Assembly: GCF_052425735.1 (NCBI RefSeq)
Contig: NC_135759.1
Coordinates: 23,188,001 to 23,252,000, forward strand
DNA length: 64,000 nt
Source of the DNA: Oculina patagonica
Lineage: Eukaryota
Direction: 5' to 3'
The notes beneath the pieces are model-generated. The model was not told the DNA's origin. It ran no database searches and worked only from the letters and a program-made list of their open reading frames with translations. Positions 23,801 through 34,400 of this stretch are shown one piece after another (position 1 is the first letter of the stretch; every line of letters starts with the position of its first letter). A program made the position numbers and the translations under genes.

Positions 23801-26800
23801 ACAGTTGGTCATCAGATATTGGCCGACCAAAATTTACTCATGTCCGATGAAATCCCAAGTGTGGTCAGACATGATGTCTGGACATTTTTGTGATAGTAAA
23901 TCATTTTATGGCAACAATGAATAAAGTTCAACTTTTGTTTGATAATGTCCGACCAAAATACATGTCCTTTCAAGTGAAAAAACTTATTTGCAGTCCTCAA
24001 AAGCTATCCAAGATTTGACTAAGGCATACTACAGGTTTCTGTCGTTGTTATAAAAACCATCAACTGTTTACCTTCGAGTACATCTGAAGACCAGCTCTAA
24101 AACTCCACAGTTAATCATGAGTTCCTTGTGACCACATCCTGACAATGACAATCCTCGGAGTGCTCTACAGCCCCACTGCTGAACCCCTGCTTCTCTTTGG
24201 TGTTGTTTCATTGCACGGACAATGTACAAGTACAATCCTTTGGATATTAGAGACTGAAAAATAAATGTTATGAAAGTAAACATCTGATGAATAACCACAC
24301 GATAAAGGCTCCACTGCAAGAATTTTTCCCTCATGAGTTATTTTGCGCAACAAGCTGAAAATGGACTCTCCAGTTCTCATACAGTCATTTTCCATCTCAT
24401 TTTATTGCTTGTTGACTGGCAAGATCTAACAGGAAACGATGAATTGCTTTGCATTCCATAGAGACTCCCAAGGCTATACAAAAATAGAAAAGATAAGTAA
24501 ACACTTTGTCTTATTACCTCTCGCAGAGAGCTGGAGTTGTTGACAATGGATGCTAAGACTCTACATGCTGACTGGCAAAGCTCTGGGTCATCTATGTGTA
24601 ACATCAAGGCAGCCATACAGCACCTATGTAATGGAATAGTGCTACCTGGTTCATCACCTATTTCATCCAACACATCAGGACAAACATCTATCAACTCTCG
24701 CAGGGCATGGCAGGCTGCATATAAGACTTCTGGTTTGTCACAAAGACTTGTCATGGCAGTAAATGCTTCTCGAGTCCAGCTGTAGTTCTGTAATCCTAAA
24801 GACAAGACCATAGATAACTCAATTGAAGGTGCATTACAGAGTAGTGACCATCACTATTTTATCTTTTTTTTAAAAAAAGAGTGCATAGTCCTCTGCCTTC
24901 TAGGGATTTAATTAACACTTAATTGGCTGGGCTATGAAAATGTACCAGTACAAGCCTTGAGAATATTTTTGTATGCAAAGTTTGTTTTTTGCAACTTACT
25001 AAAAGAAGGCATTGAATCTCCCGTGTGACCACCCCTCAAAAGTGATCACTTCCTGTAATACTTTCAAACTATCAAGTGTCGCAAGTTTTCAATACCCTCA
25101 TTCAATGCCACAATTATGCCTTCAACCATGTTTACTCTCAAGTTAGATAACAAGCAGTATGTTTTTCTACCAAAGCTGAGAGAGGCAAACGTAACATATT
25201 ACAGAATAGCAAGTGACAAAACTACAACCATTTTAGTAAAAATAGAGCCTACAGCTTCAATAATTTCCACTTTATAGTTATTTCCTATTTGCTCTATTCA
25301 GTTTTGAGAAAGGCAATACTGAATGCTTGCAGTTTATTTCACGCTAGGTACAGTTCACAAGAAATATTTTGGCTTGTGGCAGAGTACCTGCCCGGGGGAG
25401 GGGAGGGGCACACCCATATATGAGCTATATAGTATGTGCCGCTGTGAAGGGCATGGTTTTCAAGCAGTTTAGTCTGGGATAGGGTATAGAATTCAGAGAG
25501 TTTTGGTCTAGAGAAAGGTAGCATTTGCCGGACGACTGATCGGTGGTATGACGAATTAAGTCCAGAATAGGAATAGAAACTCAGAAGAGAAAGAGGCTTT
25601 CCTGAACGTAAATAAAATCTTCACAGCATCGTTGTTTACACATCATTTTCCATTAGAACACTGATAGTGATACAGTTCTAAAAAAAATGCAAGTCTGGGA
25701 TAGGGTAGGGATTTTCGGTGTCTAGTCTAGTATAGGGGTGCAAAATCAGCTGAACATGGTCTGGTATAGGGTAAGGGTTTTAAATTCCCAGCAGCACACC
25801 CCCACCCAAAAATATACAGGATTCCCCCCCCCCCCCAGAGTACCTGCCTCTGCAACTTTGATTTGAATTTACAACGAAGTCTGTTACTTACTGTCTTGCA
25901 GCCTGTTCTCTAGTGCCTCAGTGAGAAGAGCTAAAGCAGTCAAGCCATTTTTCTGAACATCAACGGAATCTTTAAAATTCTGTAAAGCACGCAGAATAAC
26001 AGCTAGGACCACACTCTGTTGAACTAAAATCTCTCTGTGAGGCTCAAAGGCTGCAAGAAGGACCAGAAGTCGGCATCCAGCTGCTTGCACTCCAGGGCAA
26101 TCACAATGTTTCTTCATTGCTTCTAAGGCCACAATAAATGTTCTCCCACGAACAAGAGTACAACAGTTTTTGTTTGAAGATGCTAGAACACACATCAGCT
26201 GTATACCTTGCTCTTGAATCTCTCCTTTTAAATATAAAAGAAGAAAAAATAAATGAAGTAAAAGGGTATATACATAGAATGCAATGTATATGGGCGAAAA
26301 GGTAAGGTTCTGTAAAATTCCAAAAATAAGACCCCCCCCCCCTCTCCCCCCAAAAAGCCCCCTTAAATCTCAGATGCCAATATCCTTCCAGAAATAAGCC
26401 CTGCTGAGCTTGCAGCTTTTCCGAGTATAAGCTCCTATTGTAGGGCTTGTTACATTGTATGCAGATAGTTTATCTGGACGGATGATCTATCTGTTTGCCC
26501 CTATTTACAGCTATTTCGAGAAAGGTTGTCGGAAAAAAAAACATCAAAGTGCACGCGACAAGACCGAAAGGTGGTCTGGGTATTCACTGGAATTTTGCAT
26601 ATATTGGCCTAGAGGAAATTTACAAGTTTGTATTTTTGCACGTGGAGAATTTGTTTCTCTTCTCAGGAGGCCTATATCTGTCAGGGCTTCTGAAATTTCG
26701 CACGGTCGCGGAGCCGCGAAATTCAGGTATATCCGCGAAATCCCGCGAAATTGACAAAAACATATGAAATACCGCGAAATTCGCTAGAAATTCGACCAAA

Positions 26801-29400
26801 TACATGTCAGTTCAACATATTTGAAACTTATCTTGGCTGTTGGAGCTGTTTACTTTGCCATAAACGTGCAAATTTATCTTGAAATTTCGTCAATGCCACG
26901 AGTAAACATCACACCAAACTACCAGGCGTTCTTAGATTGATGTTGCAAAAACCTGGGGACTGGTGGCAAAGAAGACTTTTCGTTGACACTACACGAAGTG
27001 AAAGAAAACTGCTGTCTGTAGTAATGCAGGCACACGTTTAATCGTACACGAATGAAGACACAAGAATGTTTTGATTTCACAGATGGATTTAAACCTTTTA
27101 TCTGGAACAATCTTACCTTGGAAACTGCAAAGCAACACAAGAGAGCAAAATGGAGAAAATAAGTTTATTGCATTACTGTTTTCGGCTCTGAATTGCAGCT
27201 GAAAAAGGAGGTTAACCGGCCAAGCATATTTTCGGTAAAGCTATAAGCTTATTGGTTTTTCTTTCCACTTGAAACAAGTACAGTTGCCTTCAGAACTGTG
27301 TTGGATGAACTTTTGTGGTTTTTTCTTGCCCTGAATTTGACATCCTTCCAATATTTTTGTCAGGAATCTTTCTTTTTTCTTTCTTGTTTGCTTGTCAACG
27401 AAAATTTGCCCCGAAAATTTCCGCGAAAATCCCGCGAAATTGGCCGTTTTCTCCGCGAATTTGTCTCTTCAAATCTCGTGAAATTTCACTTTTTTTCCCG
27501 CGAATTATCAGAAGCCCTGATCTGTAGCTTTACTTTTACTGTCGCATGTCTTTGAGTGAGGAAAAATTCTTCTGAACTTCAGAGGGTCTAAACGTACCTT
27601 GTTTCTACATGTCTGAAAAGAAAGAAAACCTGAAAATTGCGCTTATTTTGTTGTTATATCTCATTAGTATTTAACACGTGCAGTAGCTCAATATGTCTAC
27701 CCATACTACAGTAAAAACCCGCGTGTAAGAACCTGCTTTTTTAGAGTTTGGCAAAACAGGTTCTTATATTTTGGGGTACTTACTGGCATTTTTTAGCTTC
27801 CCTGTGCAATTCTTGATCTCTAAAGACATCCTTTTTGATAAAATACAGTTATTGTATTATAAATAAAATAGTTTAACCCCACATATAAGAACCTTTTGGG
27901 GTATTGAGGAAGCAAATTTCTGCCAGGAGGTTCTTCATTTCTAGGTTCTTACACGCGGGTTTTTACTGTACCTTTAGGGATTGGCTTGTGCAGTTTTGTG
28001 CTTTTTTCCGACAACGTTTCTCGAAATAGCTGTATACACAGACGAATTATCAGACAAACTAAAAAATGCTTGCCTAATTAAAATGCAAGTTTGTCCAGAC
28101 GGATCATCCGTCTCTAGTATAAATCAAGCCAATTATAATATTATTACGTGACTGTATTACATCTATGCCAACTATCCTGAATACAGATGGAATCTCCGGG
28201 TCTCCCCTATGGGTCATTAACTCTCCCAGATACCAAGGAGAATGCTTGAAATATGTGTTTTTGTTTTCATATTTGACATGCTCTAATTTTTACTCCATTT
28301 GGGGGTCGATAAGAGGTACCTTTATAATGCAGAATTGGCTATCTCCCAGATTTTATTTTTTTTAATAGGAGGCATCTCTGGTATTATTTCTAGCAGAAAA
28401 TGAAAGGTCATCGTATCTTTAAGGATGGAAGCATGAAAAATAACTTTATATTGCTAAGGTTTCAAACACAGTCCTATATATAAAGACAAAAAGGATCTTA
28501 TATAATTAATTATATGTTTGTAGACACAATATAGAAAACATATTTTACTGCAAGTTCTGTTAAGTTGTTGAGAGCAGAATATAAGCTTTATTGTAAAGGC
28601 GTATGTCAGGTTAATCTTTTAAACAAACCCTTGGATAATAATCCGACTTCTACTGTTTGTTTTCAAAGAAAACGAGGAACACAAACAATAACTGACTCAC
28701 CTGATTTAGCGTGTCTCTCCATAATTTCCACCACCATGCGATATTTTTTTCGCGAATTTTTCACGTCCATGTTAATAAAATTCTCTTGAGCTGACGGATC
28801 GTCAGACAGCAATTGCGTTAAAGCTTCGAACGCAGGAATATAAAATTCCTCGTCCTCACCAAAATGGCTCATGGCAGAAAGAACTGCATCTACAGCTGCA
28901 CAATCGAGAGCATCGCTTCTTGTCCTTGCAGTTGTACAAAGCGCAGACAATAACTTACAGCCTACAACTTGGCACATTTTGTCAGCAAACCTTTCCATCA
29001 TTTGCAGAATAAATCGTTGAGTGTTTTTATCCTGCAGTTCAGTTCTAACTTTCGAGCTGAGCTCCATAAGTCTGGAGAGCACATAACACCCGTGAAGCTG
29101 AATATTGTAGTTAGTTTTATAATCACGCATTGAGGTCAGGACTGTACAGTGAGCTTGCTCCGTTTCAAGAGCGTCTGGATCGGCATCAACTTCTTCATCG
29201 TCTAAACCGTCGGCCAGTAAACTCATACAGCTCTCCACTTGACCTTCGTTAGAATTATTCTTGATGCAGCGAAGTAGCTTAAGCAATTCTTGAACATTTT
29301 CCTGGCCTGGTTCGTCTTCCAAGGCCATCGGAGAATTCGTTCCGTTCAAACTGTCGAGCAGTCGGAAGCTTTGCTCGCAATCAGGATAGATTAGGTCCAT
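11846..29400 (-). CDS. LRRK2: Leucine-rich repeat kinase 2 orthologue (ARM-ANK-LRR-ROC-COR-kinase-WD40 Roco protein), 13 exons, about 2637 aa
   Basis: Exons 29400-28701, 26224-25892, 24795-24518, 24253-24072, 23543-23365, 22914-19495, 19002-18789, 17787-17345, 16849-16527, 16135-15917, 15322-14873, 13703-13500 and 12814-11846. All GT-AG and phase-consistent, 7914 nt in total. ROC P-loop GQAGCGKTT and LVGTHKD. Kinase LLGDGSYGAVY, YRDLKPHN, KISDYGIA, EGTPGYRAPE. N-terminal armadillo-like repeats and the C-terminal helix (HLDSHIRRRRELIVE) point to LRRK2 rather than LRRK1. The start could be a later ATG in exon 1. Confidence 0.93.
12935..13010 (+). repeat. tRNA-derived repeat head (SINE-like), not a tRNA gene
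   Basis: B-box GGTTCGAATCCC with a degenerate A-box. No acceptor or anticodon stem. Confidence 0.5.
14092..14645. mobile_element. CAGGG-ended non-autonomous DNA transposon with a 7-bp TSD
   Basis: AAGATGA|CAGGGTTCAAAATA ... TATTTTGAACCCTG|AAGATGA. Confidence 0.85.
16160..16450 (-). mobile_element. tRNA-related interspersed repeat (SINE-like)
   Basis: On the minus strand, A-box TAGCTCAGTGG (16327-16317) and B-box GGTTCGATTCC (16283-16273). Related decayed copies near 15580-15725 and 23110-23215. Confidence 0.65.
18001..18237. mobile_element. CAGGG-ended MITE with a 5-bp TSD
   Basis: GATTA|CAGGGCCATAAC ... GTTACGGCCCTG|GATTA. A partial homologue lies at about 40975-41160. Confidence 0.8.
18310..18682. 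mobile_element. TTAA-flanked (Kolobok-like) MITE
   Basis: TTAA|GCGACTGTGTCACGG ... CTGTGACACAATCCCT|TTAA. The interior is homologous, inverted, to 55180-55280. Confidence 0.65.
23787..23998. mobile_element. CAGGG-ended MITE with a 5-bp TSD (family copy 1)
   Basis: AAAAG|CAGGGCTGCAAATAA ... TTATTTGCAGTCCTC|AAAAG. Homologous to 34457-34709. Confidence 0.8.
25391..25836. mobile_element. CCCGGGGG/poly-C-ended element flanked by a 10-bp direct repeat
   Basis: AGAGTACCTG at 25381-25390 and at 25837-25846. Internal GTCTGGGATAGGGTA repeats. Confidence 0.7.
26682..27519. mobile_element. CAGGG-ended non-autonomous DNA transposon with a 6-bp TSD
   Basis: ATCTGT|CAGGGCTTCTGA ... TCAGAAGCCCTG|ATCTGT. 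Clustered subterminal CCGCGAAAT motifs at both ends. Confidence 0.85.
27709..27968. mobile_element. 260-bp TA-flanked Tc1/mariner-type MITE (copy 2)
   Basis: TA|CAGTAAAAACCCGCGTGTAAGAACC ... GGTTCTTACACGCGGGTTTTTACTG|TA. Confidence 0.9.
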
Positions 29401-30477
29401 TTGAAATTCTCTTGAAACATAAAACTCTCTTAGAAATTACCGCTTTCTTTCTTCCTCGGCAGACAAGACCAATTTGCGTGAAGGAATATTCTGGAAGGCA
29501 TCAATGTCAGGAATTCGTTCATAAAGCTAGAGAGAAATCCTTGCATAACATTACAATGCTGTCAGGCCATTATCAGCTTACCGTTCAACTGGTTCGAAAC
29601 CGCTCTCAACATGAGGTAAACTGATCTCTCATCAAATCGATCAAAAATATACACATACACGTCAAACATGTGATACATGCATGATCCAGTACGTGACCAG
29701 CCTTTCTTCTATAGAGCGATCGCTTTTGAATCAAGTCTCGGACTCTTCCAGACGACCCAGACCGCAAATTTGTCACGGTTTCGTTAACTGCTTCCTGCCT
29801 CCGACGCCCACATGATTATGAAACCGGCCCTGGATAGCCAGATTAATATTGCTCTTCGTCTGCAATGTATAGTGTATACAAGTATCTGAAGTGTTTATGC
29901 TAGAAAATAAAGAGGATGGAAGGCAAAACGAATATTAACATGTCCACACGACGTGTTCCATGATCCACTCGTTCGTTCTTCGATAGTGACGTCACACGAT
30001 ATCTTCGGGAAACGAAACTGTTACGAAAAACACATCACTTATCCGATTTCACTCCGAGGGAGCCAGTCACAACCGAAACTGATGATCGGGACCAGTTTCT
30101 AACCAAACTGAATCATCGCCAAAAAGGCAGCACCTGGTTATTTTACTATTCTGGAAAGGGGAATTTCCCTATCCAACCAGACTGGTCTTATGACTGCCTT
30201 ATGGCGACTAGTCGGCATTCCGGAAGAAGGAATTTTATCACAGTTATCATGTTTGCCATGTTCAGAATGATTTAAAAAAGAAAGAGAAGAAAAGTTTTAA
30301 ACTGTAAAGAAAAGAGAGGAAGAGAAGCCTATTTTCTTTTTTCTCTTTTCTCGACTTCCATCGTTTTACTTTCCACTTTGCCCTCAGTTTCAACCCTTGA
30401 AAAGCACTATAAAATTGATTTTTTTAAACCTAATATTCTTCGGTACTATCCAATAAGATTTTTTCTTGTATTGCTGA

Positions 30478-30897
30478 GGCTACGTTTACACGGACACGGT
30501 TATCAATCGATACGGTTTCATGACCTCAAAACCGCATCGAAAACGACACGGTTTCGAAGTGTTTACACGGAGCCTATATAACAATTTTCGACTGTTTTCG
30601 AATGTGATTGTATAAGCAAGCGCTGCTCTCTATGCGTGTTTCACCATGTTTACCCTTCGCAAGCCAGCCAGTTCGTGCCAAAATACATGGCCGTTTTCAA
30701 ATCGATGCGGTTTCGCCATTTTTGATCGTTTACACGACAACGAAACCGTATCGTTTTGAAAACGCTCCACTTTTGACAGCGTTTTCAAAACGACCCGGTT
30801 ACAGTAGTGGTCTCGATCGGTGCCGTGTAAACGAAAGGCGTAACCGCATCGCTTTCGATACAGTTACAAATGAAACCGTGTCCGTGTAAACGTAGCC
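30478..30897. mobile_element. PIF/Harbinger-type MITE between the divergent LRRK2 and PCGF1 starts
   Basis: TGA|GGCTACGTTTACACGGACACGGTT ... AACCGTGTCCGTGTAAACGTAGCC|TGA. Perfect TIR and a 3-bp TSD. Confidence 0.85.
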
Positions 30898-31433
30898 TGA
30901 ATGCTCAAAAAAAATTTCCAAGTGTATAACAAACACCAAATATAATCACATTATAATTATTGGTAAAGAAATAGATTTGAAATGTTCACGGTAGAGCGGT
31001 ACGTTTTTGTAAGTTAAAAGGTTCCGCATGCTATCTGTGGGCTCCTGCTGAATGATATTTTTAGTCTTGGACTTTAGAGTCCGTGAAGACATGTGCATAT
31101 TCCGCGCGATTTTCGCAGGAAATAAAATATTTTTCTTTTTGATGATCTACGGTACCTGCGTCATACACAGTACTTTAATACGCATACACACTTGAAATTT
31201 GACCATTGTTTGTTTACAGTGCAAGTGGCGTGTGAATCATAACAGTTTAACCCTTGTTTTGATACCGGATGGCAGCCATAGAATTAAGAAAGAAAGGGAG
31301 TACGGGATTGGGCTCGGGACAACGTTACCCATAGCGGGATTGCGGGATGAGATGCGCGGAACCTGGAACGACATCAATACAAAATGGCGGAAAGATTGGA
31401 CAACGAAAAATTTCCGTGATTTAAACCAAAGAA

Positions 31434-34400
31434 ATGGACTCAAAGGAGGTACTGTTCATTACTGGGTTATGCCCACATAATATATAAGAGTGTTGTCTAT
31501 GTTAACCACAAACCTAAAGCATTGTATGTCGCCATTTCAGCTCAGATCTCTTGTTTATGGGTCCGCTTTCCACGGCCTTCGTCATCGAATTTAATTCACA
31601 AATTGCTAATAATTGCTTCCAAATTTGTTTGTGTTCTTCTAAATTACCCAACAGAGAAAGCTCAAAGTTATATATCTCATCGTCTATTACTTTAAATAAT
31701 TATTTCCAACTGCGGTACTAAATATAGTCCAGGGTTTAATGCAAGCTGGCAAAATTATACGTGCTTTACTGCTACATGTACAGACTGCTAGAACTACAGT
31801 AGAAGACGTGTGCTTGTGTTGCATAAAGTGCAACGAAATAAATATGCAAGATAAATGATGACTTGAGCAGCCAAGCAAGTAATAATAAGATATTGTTACA
31901 ACTAAGAGTAGAGTAAAAGTTTGGTTTACTGGGTGGGCTCACACACAAAATTCGGTCGGTATAAAACGCAGACCATGCAGACTGCAGACTGCAGACTGCA
32001 GACCGTGCAGACCGTGCAGACCGTGCAGACTGAGTAATTTTTTTTCTTCTTAATTTTTACATTGTGTTTCACAAAACTTTTCACGAACGGTTTCCGAAGC
32101 TCGTTTGAAATTCGCGAAGTTCGCTACGAACTTTAGGGGAAATTTCATTATGTAGTTGTCAATCAAATTACGAACTTCGCAACGAAATTGTGAATTTCAC
32201 ATGCAGCGAAGTTGAAAGGTTGAGGAGTTCGCAAGTTGAGAAGAAGTTCGTCCAGTTTGTTTAATTTGGTGAAATGAATCCGTTCCCAGTACAGCAAAAA
32301 GCAATCCCAAGTCCAGTAAGGCAGGACATCAACGGACTAAAAAGCAAGGCTGCCCTGAAAATGGTTTGTGAATGTTACAACTGAGTTTTCCCAATGTCAC
32401 CCGACACCCGACTAAAAATAGATTACAAGTTCTGCCGTGTGCAGTTTCGAAGGAAAAAAATTCAACAGATGAACCGGTTTACATATAAAAATACTGTTTG
32501 TGTGTGCCGTAAAAATCTTCTAAAGAGAAAAAAACGTTTTCCTTCTTGAATACACATCAGTTTGGAAAATCTGCGGAAAACCAGAACTTTTCAATTCCGT
32601 GTTGTTATACTTCTGTGTTTACACAACACGCAAGTCACGCCATCTGTCTGTTCGTGATAAACTCTGTTCCTCTGAAAGAATTTATAATTATTTGCAAAAA
32701 AATAAGCTTTGGTTAAAAAAATTTTTTTTACTAATAAACAACACTTGCTTTGGAACAATTGAAATGTGTATTTATTTACGAATTACTTATATTTTATTAT
32801 TAAGGACAGTGTAAAAATTTTGGGAGATTTCTCAAGAAAACCCTGTATTCCCAAAGCATAACTACCAAACGAAGCATTTGTTTACGTTATAAAATTGAAC
32901 TAGAAACCTGAACTTAACAAATAAACTGCTATATCCGACCAGTTCGTTTTACCTATAACTTAAAATGTTCCAATGTTTAAAGTGTAACGCGCTCTCTGAC
33001 AGTAGAAGAAAACTCAACAAGCTGGAAGCTAAATAAAATAATCCTTGACCTTGAAGCCAACTTTAGATGATTTCCTGCCTTCCTGGACTTGAAATTGCCT
33101 TTCCTTGTACCGTGAACGGATTCATTTCACCAAATTAAACAAACTGGACGAACTTCTTCTCAACTTGCAAACTCCTCAACCTTTCAACTTCGCTGCATGT
33201 GAAATTCACAATTTCGTTTCGAAGTTCGTAATTTGATTGACAACTACATAATGAAATTTCCCCTAAAGTTCGTAGAGAACTTCGCGAATTTCAAATGAAC
33301 TTCGGAAACCGTTCGTGAAAAGTTTTGTGAAACACAATGTAAAAAAAGAAGATAAAAAAATTACTCAGTCTGCAGTGTCTGCACCGTCTGCACGGTCTGC
33401 ACGGTCTGCACGGTCTGCAGTCTGCAGTCTGCAGTCTGCATGGTCTGCGTTTTATACCGACCGCACAAAATTGGATGTTATTGATATACCTGCCAACTTT
33501 TCCTAATTAAAAAGCATTTGACTTTTTATTGTGGTTTTTAGTGATATGCGAACTCTGAAATTCAATCCTTAACCAACGGTTTAGGCTTTTTGCTGCCGAC
33601 AATCATCTTGGCAGACCTGTTGTTGCATTGGGAAACAGAAGTTCACTTCAACTGAGTCAAAAGGTCATGTCCGTCAGCTGTAATTGGTAGATTCCGATCC
33701 ATTTTGTTTGTATCCGTTTTTCATGTTTCGTTGGCTGTCACCATAATTATGATTGATGGCAGCGAAAAAAGCAATCATTAGTTGGATTTTGAATTTCAGA
33801 GTTCACATATCACTGAAAAGCGCAAATTGAAGATGTTCCAACTATTCTCTAACATTGCCAAAAAGTTCCGAAGATGTTGCGATGACTTCCAAGCATACTG
33901 AAGATGTTCTGATGACTTTTAAAGGTTGTTGAGGACTCAAACACAATAACAATGCATGCTCATTTATTGGACTGTTTTTTCCTAAAATTAAATTGAATTC
34001 ACGTTTAATGGGTTTATGAGCAGGAAATCTGGATTGTCAGTCAGGCATGAAAAATTGGCCTGGATGCACAAGATCGATCTTTTAGGTATACTGGAGTGAG
34101 ACATTGAGAGTTGGCAGGTCTAGGATATCAACTTCAAAGCATAATTTTAGAATTTCTGTTATAATAAGTCTATTAAAATTCAAAAATAATGCATTGAACT
34201 TTTTTTGTCATTGTAGATTGTTATAAAAATCTGCGATCTGAACCCGCATGTGGTGTGCAGTTTGTGTGCAGGATACTTTGTTGATGCCACAACTATTACA
34301 GAATGTCTCCACACATGTATGTACAGAAGGCAAACTGTTATATTATTTACTTCCACTTCAGATCAGCTTAGCACTTATATACTAGTCCTGTTTTGGCCAC

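Noticed and set aside
31965-32032. Regular GCAGAC(T/CGT) repeats that look like an array
   Set aside because: 7-9-bp tandem units without unique spacers, mirrored at 33368-33445 as part of a transposon TIR. Not CRISPR.
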